Positions 58,071 to 64,000 of a stretch of 64,000 bases of DNA are shown here, piece by piece. Every line of letters starts with the position of its first letter. The first letter of the stretch is position 1. The translations under genes and the position numbers were made by a program. Under the pieces are notes generated by a model. That model was given only the letters and a program-made list of their open reading frames with translations, was not told the origin of the DNA and searched no databases. Source of the stretch: an uncultured Alphaproteobacteria bacterium (GTDB taxonomy: Bacteria > Pseudomonadota > Alphaproteobacteria > Parvibaculales > Parvibaculaceae); the NCBI GenBank assembly GCA_903889655.1, contig CAISYL010000199.1, positions 22,966-86,965 on the forward strand, written 5' to 3'.

Positions 58071-58112
58071 CTACTGACCTTTCGCGGCAACGATCCGGCT
58101 GTTTGTATTTTC

Positions 58113-58140
58113 ATTATAATGAATTTATCCGAACGGGCAA
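58113..58140 (-). promoter_or_regulatory. Near-consensus sigma70 promoter with the -10 inside a perfect 14-bp palindrome
   Basis: The minus strand reads TTGCCC-N16-TATAAT. Palindrome TTCATTATAATGAA at 58110-58123. 40-50 nt upstream of the ACAD start at 58070. Confidence 0.5.
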
Positions 58141-58162
58141 AAAACCGAATTGTCCACCGCTT

Positions 58163-59362
58163 TCAAAGATTAAGGATCACCTTGGCGATGACGTCGTGTT
58201 GAATCTCATTCGATCCACCATAGATGCTCGCAGCGCGGCCGTAGCCGTAATCAGCCCACACGTTCCTGGCATGGGCAGGGCCTATACCCCGTACGTTGGC
58301 GCCGCCAAGCAGGGCTCCTTGCTCGAACGGTTCGATATAATAGCCGACGGCTTCGACGGCGAGTTCGCCCAAAGCCTGCTGAACCTCGCTACCGACGATC
58401 TTCAGCAGGGACGACTGCGGTCCGACCGCCTTTCCCGCCGCCGCATCGGCGAGAATCCGCAGATTCATGTATTCGAGACTGGTGAGCTTGACTTCTATCT
58501 CGGCGAGTTTGCGCTGGAACGCGGGATCGTCCATCAGCGCTTCCCCATCCGCGTTCCGCTCCGCTCGTGCTATCGCCCTGATATGCGCAGCCTTCTTCTT
58601 GGACTCGGAGACGCCGCCGATACTCGTTCTTTCATGGACAAGCAGGTACTTGGCGTAGGTCCAGCCCTTGTTTTCCTCGCCTATGAGATTTTGCACCGGC
58701 ACCTTGACGTCGGTAAAAAACACTTCGTTGAGATGGTGCAGACCGGCGATCGAGATAATCGGACGCACTTCGATACCGGGTGTCCTCATGTCGATGAGCA
58801 GGAAGGAAATCCCTTCCTGCCGCTTGGCGCTCTGTTCGGTGCGCACCAAACAGAAAATCCAGTCGGCCTCATGCGCATAGGACGTCCATATTTTCTGGCC
58901 GTTGACGACGTAATGGTCGCTGTCGCGCACCGCCATCGTTTTAAGCGAGGCGAGATCGGAACCGGCACCCGGTTCGGAATAGCCTTGGCACCACCAGACA
59001 TCGCCCGAAAGGATGCCCTGCAAGTGGCGGCTCTTCTGTTCGGCGTTGCCGAAGGTGTAGATCACCGGGCCAACCATGGTCAGCCCGAAAGGCATCAGAC
59101 GCGGTGCATCAGCTCTGGCGATTTCCTCGTTGAAGATAAACCGCTGCCCCGCGTTCCATCCCGTGCCGCCATACTCCTCGGGCCAGGCAGGCGCCGCCCA
59201 GCCTTTTTCGTAAAGCGTCTTGTGCCAGCGCTTGACCACACTTTTGTCGGTCATCACACCCAAGGCCGGCAAATCCGCGCATTCCGGCGGAAGGTTCGCC
59301 GCGATAAATCCGCGAACCTCGTCACGAAATGCCTCATTCTCCGGCGTGAAGTCGATATTCAT
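58163..59362 (-). CDS. Acyl-CoA dehydrogenase (399-aa paralog B, tandem to A)
   Basis: Same length and motifs as paralog A (WWCQGYSEPGAGSDLASL, IYGGSNEIQ). Start at 59362 (GGGGAGA SD). Confidence 0.9.
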   Translation of the reverse strand: MNIDFTPENEAFRDEVRGFIAANLPPECADLPALGVMTDKSVVKRWHKTLYEKGWAAPAWPEEYGGTGWNAGQRFIFNEEIARADAPRLMPFGLTMVGPVIYTFGNAEQKSRHLQGILSGDVWWCQGYSEPGAGSDLASLKTMAVRDSDHYVVNGQKIWTSYAHEADWIFCLVRTEQSAKRQEGISFLLIDMRTPGIEVRPIISIAGLHHLNEVFFTDVKVPVQNLIGEENKGWTYAKYLLVHERTSIGGVSESKKKAAHIRAIARAERNADGEALMDDPAFQRKLAEIEVKLTSLEYMNLRILADAAAGKAVGPQSSLLKIVGSEVQQALGELAVEAVGYYIEPFEQGALLGGANVRGIGPAHARNVWADYGYGRAASIYGGSNEIQHDVIAKVILNL

Positions 59363-59469
59363 ATGTATCTCCCCATTGCCGGGCTGGTGCAAATATTCCC
59401 GCGCCGCCGTGAGTCGCGGCAACACTCATCGACAGCTGGATCCATGCTTCCCAAGATCCAAGTCGCGGT

Positions 59470-60555
59470 CTAGGCAGCCCAGCCCTGCAAGCGCGCGGCC
59501 TCAAGACGAACCAGCTCCGGCCCGCCCAGCAACTGCCGGTCGAGACCAATCCGCTTGAACCAATAATGCAGGCCGAGCAGATCGGTGAAGCCCATGCCGC
59601 CATGAACCTCGGTCGCGGTGCGCGCGACGAAGCGGCCCACTTCCGACAGGTGGCTCTTGGCATGACATGCCATGAGGCGCGCGTCGCCCGGTACCTCGTC
59701 CAGCGCATGGGCCGCATACCACACCAGCGAACGCGATGGTTCGAGAGCGGCCGCCATCTCGGCGCAGAGGTGCTTCACGGCCTGAAACGACCCGATCACG
59801 CGGCCGAACTGCTTGCGCTCTCCCGCATAAGCTACCGCCTTCTCGATCATCATCTGACCCGCGCCGAGGGTGTCGGCGGCAAGCATGACCCTGCCGGCAT
59901 CTATCATCCGCGCAACCGCGTCGGCGCTGGATCGGGGCAAGGGCTCGGCCGCGACCTGATCGAAGACAAGTTCGCCAACCGATCGGGTCTTGTCGATGGT
60001 GTTGAGCGCCCGCCGCGACAAACCCTTCGCGTCGGGCAAAACGAGATGAAGTCCATGGTCGCTGTCGGCCACGATGTAGAGATCGGCCTCAGCCCAGTCG
60101 ATCACGAAGAGGGACTTGCCCGTGAGCGTTCCCTTCCGGGCTTTCACGCCGGCATCTTCACGGATGCCGATTTTTTCCGTGACGGCCACGCCTGCGACAA
60201 TCTCGCCCGCGGCGATCTTCGGAAGCCACTTTTCCTGCTGGGCCTCGCTGCCTGCGAGCATCAGCGCGAGCGGCGCCATGACGGCGGTCCCGAGGATGGG
60301 CAGCGGTGCCACATGCCGCCCGATCATCTCGTAAACGATCGCCGCGTCGAGAAATCCCAGACCCATGCCGCCAAAATCTTCCGGGATCAGCATTCCGGGG
60401 ATGCCCAGCTCGCTGGCGCCCGCCCATAGGGACCGCTGAACGGTATGCGTGTCCCCGGCGGCAAGGCGCACCTTGTCGAGCGGCGCATTCTGTTCAAGAA
60501 AGCGGCGGACGCTATCCTGCAACATGCGCTGCTCTTCCGACAATGCAAATTCCAT
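59470..60555 (-). CDS. Acyl-CoA dehydrogenase-fold protein (361 aa, small-subunit-like)
   Basis: MEFALSEEQRMLQDSV start. C-terminal motif reads LLGGPELVR instead of YEGTxEIQ. 11 nt downstream of the 397-aa ACAD. Confidence 0.85.
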   Translation of the reverse strand: MEFALSEEQRMLQDSVRRFLEQNAPLDKVRLAAGDTHTVQRSLWAGASELGIPGMLIPEDFGGMGLGFLDAAIVYEMIGRHVAPLPILGTAVMAPLALMLAGSEAQQEKWLPKIAAGEIVAGVAVTEKIGIREDAGVKARKGTLTGKSLFVIDWAEADLYIVADSDHGLHLVLPDAKGLSRRALNTIDKTRSVGELVFDQVAAEPLPRSSADAVARMIDAGRVMLAADTLGAGQMMIEKAVAYAGERKQFGRVIGSFQAVKHLCAEMAAALEPSRSLVWYAAHALDEVPGDARLMACHAKSHLSEVGRFVARTATEVHGGMGFTDLLGLHYWFKRIGLDRQLLGGPELVRLEAARLQGWAA

Positions 60556-60566
60556 CGGATAAATTC

Positions 60567-61760
60567 CTATTTTGCCAGCTTCGGTTCGCGCGGCATACCA
60601 AGCCCACGTTCCGAAATAATGTTTTTCTGAATCTGCGCCGTGCCGCCGCCGATGATGAGCCCAAGCTGAAACATGTACCCCCACTGCCACGAGCCGTGAC
60701 TGCGCAGATAGGGGCTGTCGTCGTAGAGAACGCCAAACTCTCCCATGACGTCAATCGCGAGCGCCGATATTTGATGGGTAAGTTCGCAGGATTGAAGCTT
60801 CACGATCAGGCGCGCCAAGCCGGGGTCCTCGCCCCTGCTCGCGCTGGTCAGCAGCCGGAGCCCATTGAACTTCATGGCGGCAAGTTCCGCCTGCAGCCTT
60901 ACCAGGCGGTCCCGGAAAATCGGATTGTCGATGGCCCGCTGCCCGTCGACAGTCTCCTCGCGCATCAGGTCGACAAGGGCCTGGAACCTGGTTTCCATGG
61001 CGGCCGGATCGCCCAGCATTCCGCGCTCGTATTTCAGCGTTGCGTTGGCGACGAACCATCCCTGCCCGCGCTGGCCAACGATCTGCGTCTTCGGTACGCG
61101 CACATCCGTGAAGAAGACTTCATTGAATTCGGCATGGCCCGTCATGGTAGTGAGCGGACGGACTTCGATGCCCGGCGTCTTCATCGAGAAGATCAGATAG
61201 GAAATGCCTTCATGCTTGGGTTTATCGGGCTCCGTGCGCACCAGACAGAAAATCATGTCCGCCTCGTGCGCGGTGCTGGTCCATATCTTCTGGCCGTTGA
61301 TGACGAAATCGTCGCCATCCTCAGTCGCCTTGGTCTGAAGGCTGGCGAGGTCTGAACCTGAACCCGGCTCGGAATATCCCTGGCACCAGACCACCTCGCC
61401 GCGAAGCGTCGGCTTCACCCATTTTTTCTTTTGCTCCTCGGTGCCAAGTTCCAGAAGCGTCGGCACCAGCATGGAGATACCCTGGTTCTGCAACGCAGAA
61501 GGTACACGAGCGGTTGAAAATTCCTCCGCGATGATACGCGATTCCAGAATGTCCGGCTTGGCGCCATAGCCGCCATAGTCGTTCGGAATCGTCCGCGCCG
61601 CATAGCCGTGCTGGATCAACAGTTGCTGCCAGGAACAGGCATCGGGAGACGGGCGCCCGGCAGCGCCAAGGCCCCTCGGCGCCTGATCCTTGTGTTTTGT
61701 CAGGAACGCCCTGACCTCTTCCCGGAAAGCCTCGTATTTGGGGTCGTATACTAGATCCAT
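60567..61760 (-). CDS. Acyl-CoA dehydrogenase (397 aa, same subfamily as paralogs A/B)
   Basis: VWCQGYSEPGSGSDLASL, NGQKIWTSTAHEADMIFCLVRT, C-terminal IGGGTAQIQ. Confidence 0.9.
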   Translation of the reverse strand: MDLVYDPKYEAFREEVRAFLTKHKDQAPRGLGAAGRPSPDACSWQQLLIQHGYAARTIPNDYGGYGAKPDILESRIIAEEFSTARVPSALQNQGISMLVPTLLELGTEEQKKKWVKPTLRGEVVWCQGYSEPGSGSDLASLQTKATEDGDDFVINGQKIWTSTAHEADMIFCLVRTEPDKPKHEGISYLIFSMKTPGIEVRPLTTMTGHAEFNEVFFTDVRVPKTQIVGQRGQGWFVANATLKYERGMLGDPAAMETRFQALVDLMREETVDGQRAIDNPIFRDRLVRLQAELAAMKFNGLRLLTSASRGEDPGLARLIVKLQSCELTHQISALAIDVMGEFGVLYDDSPYLRSHGSWQWGYMFQLGLIIGGGTAQIQKNIISERGLGMPREPKLAK

Positions 61761-61799
61761 TCCAGATCTCCGATGCGTCGATGGCGATTGGTTCTATTT

Positions 61800-62222
61800 T
61801 TATTTCACGGCAGGCTTGAAACACGGAAGCTTGAATCCGTCGCCGATGTCCTTGAAGACAAGGGCCACGGGCATGTCGAGTTTCACCGCCTCCGGGTCGC
61901 AGTCGAGCAAGCGCGTCGCCATGCGGACGCCTTCTTCCAATTCCACGACCGCGGCTATATAGGGCACGTCGCGCGCGAAAGCCGGATGAAAAGGCTGGTA
62001 GGTCACCGTCCAGGAAAAAATGCGACCGCGACCGCCGCTCGGCTTCCACTCGTAATTCGGCGAGCCACATTTTGCGCACATGTAACGCGGCAGAAACCGC
62101 CAGGTATCGCAATAGCTGCACTGCTGAAAACGCAGGACGCCGTCCTGGCAAAGCTTCCAGAATTCCGCGTCGACCGGATCGACGGTCGCGGGCTGAGGAT
62201 ATTTCGGTTGCTGAATTTCCAT
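61800..62222 (-). CDS. DUF35 OB-fold / zinc-ribbon protein
   Basis: 140 aa. CSYCDTWRFLPRYMCAKC ribbon. GAGGAGG SD embedded in the 3' end of the upstream thiolase-like gene. Confidence 0.85.
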   Translation of the reverse strand: MEIQQPKYPQPATVDPVDAEFWKLCQDGVLRFQQCSYCDTWRFLPRYMCAKCGSPNYEWKPSGGRGRIFSWTVTYQPFHPAFARDVPYIAAVVELEEGVRMATRLLDCDPEAVKLDMPVALVFKDIGDGFKLPCFKPAVK

Positions 62223-62224
62223 TT

Positions 62225-63394
62225 TTACCTCCTCAAAATCGCGAGGCTGCCATCGCCCAGATCTCCCCATCCGGTCACGAGTCCGATTTCAGCGTCCGGA
62301 ATTTGCCGCTTGCCCGCATCTCCGCGCAATTGGCGTGTCGCCTCAAGTACATGGTTGAGGCCCCACACATGCGCCTCGCTCAAAAGACCGCCATGCGTAT
62401 TGAGCGGAAACTTGCCGCCGAGTTCGATCTGTCCATCCTTGACGAAATCGAGTGCGCCGCCCGGCTCGAAATAGCCCAGGGCTTCGAGCTGCAGTAGCAC
62501 GACATAGGTGAAGCAGTCGTAAACCTGCAGAAAGTCCATGTCCTTCGGCGTCACACCGGCCATGGCGAAAGCGCGCGGCGCGGCATAGCTCAAACCGATC
62601 TTGAAGGGGTCCGGCCGCGACGGAATATCGTCGGCAGGATAAGGATGGCCCTCGGCCGCGCCGGAAATATAGACCGGCCTGTGAGGCAAGTCCTTCGCCC
62701 GCTCGGCGCTCGTCACCACCACGGCGCAGGCCCCATCCGTTTCGAGACAGCAATCGAATAAACGGAACGGGGAGGACACCTTGCGCGACCGCATGTAGTC
62801 ATCCATCGTCATCGGTTGGCCGCAGGTCAGGGCGCGGTCGTTGAGCTGGGCATGCTTGCGGCACGCCATCGCAATCCAACCCGTCGCCTCGGGGCCGACG
62901 TTGTAAAGTTTCGAGTGCCGCGTCGCGAGCCAGGCATACATCTGCACCGGCAACAGAACGCCATAGGGGAGATAGTAACCCCGGATGGTCGAGGTCAGCG
63001 TGTTCATATTCATCGGCCGGCTTGGCGGCACCCCCGCCTTGGGACGCAGCGCCGAATAGCCGTTCCAGCCGAGCGTGACCAGCACGTTGTCGCAGACGCC
63101 GGAGGCCACGGCCATGGCGGCATTCTGCAACGCCGTGGTCGGGCTCGCGCCTCCCATGTTGACCGTCGAGGCATATCGCAGCACATCGACGCCGAGGTTG
63201 GCGGCCAATTCCTCCGACGTTGTATAGACGGGCGGCGGCACCATGCCGTCAATGTCCCTAGGCTTCAGCCCCGCATCCGCGATGGCCCGCCTGGCGGCAT
63301 CGAGCATCATGGCCACGGCCGTCTGGTCCGATCCCTTTACATAACTGGTCTCGCCGATCCCGACGATCGCGGCCTTGTCGCTGAAATTCTTCAC
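62225..63394 (-). CDS. Thiolase-like protein, SCP-x/Ltp type
   Basis: [11 protein letters not shown] start region, C-terminal [17 protein letters not shown] at 63394 (GAGGG SD) preferred; the ORF-track TTG at 63439 is possible. Confidence 0.85.
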   Translation of the reverse strand: MKNFSDKAAIVGIGETSYVKGSDQTAVAMMLDAARRAIADAGLKPRDIDGMVPPPVYTTSEELAANLGVDVLRYASTVNMGGASPTTALQNAAMAVASGVCDNVLVTLGWNGYSALRPKAGVPPSRPMNMNTLTSTIRGYYLPYGVLLPVQMYAWLATRHSKLYNVGPEATGWIAMACRKHAQLNDRALTCGQPMTMDDYMRSRKVSSPFRLFDCCLETDGACAVVVTSAERAKDLPHRPVYISGAAEGHPYPADDIPSRPDPFKIGLSYAAPRAFAMAGVTPKDMDFLQVYDCFTYVVLLQLEALGYFEPGGALDFVKDGQIELGGKFPLNTHGGLLSEAHVWGLNHVLEATRQLRGDAGKRQIPDAEIGLVTGWGDLGDGSLAILRR

Positions 63395-63484
63395 GAAACT
63401 GCCCTCATCATCATTGTTCCCCGCACGCGGCTTTTTCAATGAGCGGCCGCAAGCCTTCCGTTTGAAAAATATTCTGTAGACAGA

Positions 63485-64000
63485 TCAAATCACCGGAATG
63501 AGACATGAATGGACGGATTCCTGTCCCTCGATCTGGCGCGCCAGCGTTTTGATCGCCAGTTCAGCTTCCTCAAGCTCGAAATTATGAGTATGCATGAGTT
63601 CAAGAGGATATTTGCGGCGCTCGATCATCTCGATCGCCTTCTTGTATCCCGACGACGTAACGCCGATCGCGCCTTTGATGGTGATTTCCTTCATGACGAT
63701 AAGGTCGGACACGAAGTCGGGGACAGGCTTAAATCCCTTGACGCCGGCAAGGACGACCGTTCCGCCCATACGGACACAATCTAGCGCATCACGGACCGGC
63801 TGAGTCGCGTAGGACGTGACCTCAACGATGACGTCCGCGCCCTTTCCATTTGTCAGCGCCCGCACGCGATCGACAACATTTTCGTTCTGCACATCGATGA
63901 TGTGATCGGCGCCGAGAGCAAGCGCCATCTGGAGCTTGTTTGAATCGGCCGCAAGTCCTGTGACTATGATCTTTCCCGCGCCGGCTTCACGCGCGGCAAC
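63485..64000 (-). CDS. Zinc-type medium-chain alcohol dehydrogenase (MDR), C-terminal part; 5' end outside window
   Basis: The frame stays open to base 64000 (VAAREAGAGKIIVTGLAADSNKLQMALALGADHIIDV...GGTVVLAGV). Typical MDR nucleotide-binding domain. Confidence 0.8.
   Translation of the reverse strand, partial: VAAREAGAGKIIVTGLAADSNKLQMALALGADHIIDVQNENVVDRVRALTNGKGADVIVEVTSYATQPVRDALDCVRMGGTVVLAGVKGFKPVPDFVSDLIVMKEITIKGAIGVTSSGYKKAIEMIERRKYPLELMHTHNFELEEAELAIKTLARQIEGQESVHSCLIPVI

Noticed and set aside
46578-59473. Further long antisense ORFs (46578-47870 +, 53253-54722 -, 55326-56765 -, 56841-58202 +, 58103-59473 +)
   Set aside because: Each mirrors a motif-bearing ligase or ACAD gene on the other strand and has the arginine/glycine-rich composition of GC-rich antisense frames.

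Overview
GC-rich proteobacterial-type DNA with strong GGAG-type ribosome-binding sites and many 1-4 nt stop/start overlaps. No database search was possible. All family calls rest on motifs and remembered family sequences, and start codons were refined by hand from the ORF track.

Layout:
(i) 1-4752: two subunits of a Pao/Xdh-family molybdoenzyme, plus a convergent EthA-like Baeyer-Villiger monooxygenase (BVMO), separated by a bidirectional terminator.
(ii) 4753-7735: a small accessory zone that is visibly less GC-rich in places. It holds an orphan intrinsic terminator, two orphan ORFs (one interrupted by an in-frame TGA), an IS3-family element whose orfB is split over two frames, and a decayed DUF3363/relaxase-like remnant.
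(iii) 7736-64000: 54 tightly packed catabolic genes.

By my annotation the window holds 13 oxygenase genes: 3 CYP153-type P450s, 2 type-I BVMOs, 3 Rieske oxygenases, 2 extradiol dioxygenases, 1 HpaB-type hydroxylase, 1 luciferase-like monooxygenase and 1 nitronate-monooxygenase-family protein. It also holds 7 acyl-CoA dehydrogenases, 3 acyl-CoA ligases, 4 crotonases, 5 SDRs, 2 thiolase-like/DUF35 pairs, a KstD-like flavoprotein, 2 TetR regulators and 1 GntR regulator.

Recognisable modules:
- An hpa-like dehydrogenative meta-cleavage operon fused to kstD and DUF3237.
- A GntR-linked NMO-thioesterase-BVMO-CYP153-ferredoxin operon, with a divergent esterase.
- A mirror-image divergon carrying a complete bad/ali-like cyclohexanecarboxyl-CoA ring-opening set, with a CYP153 paralog at each tip.
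- A BenAB-like dioxygenase paired with a PdxA/TphB-like dehydrogenase.
- A bphA1A2BC-like set directly downstream of thiolase-DUF35-CoA ligase genes (ipf-like logic).
- A large beta-oxidation block.

Only one ferredoxin and no reductase is encoded for all the multicomponent oxygenases. Several operon fronts share a near-consensus sigma70 promoter whose -10 box sits inside an AT-only palindrome. The substrate cannot be assigned from sequence. Alicyclic/monoterpenoid or mixed alicyclic-aromatic acids are the best guess. No CRISPR, tRNA/rRNA, prophage or defence system was seen.
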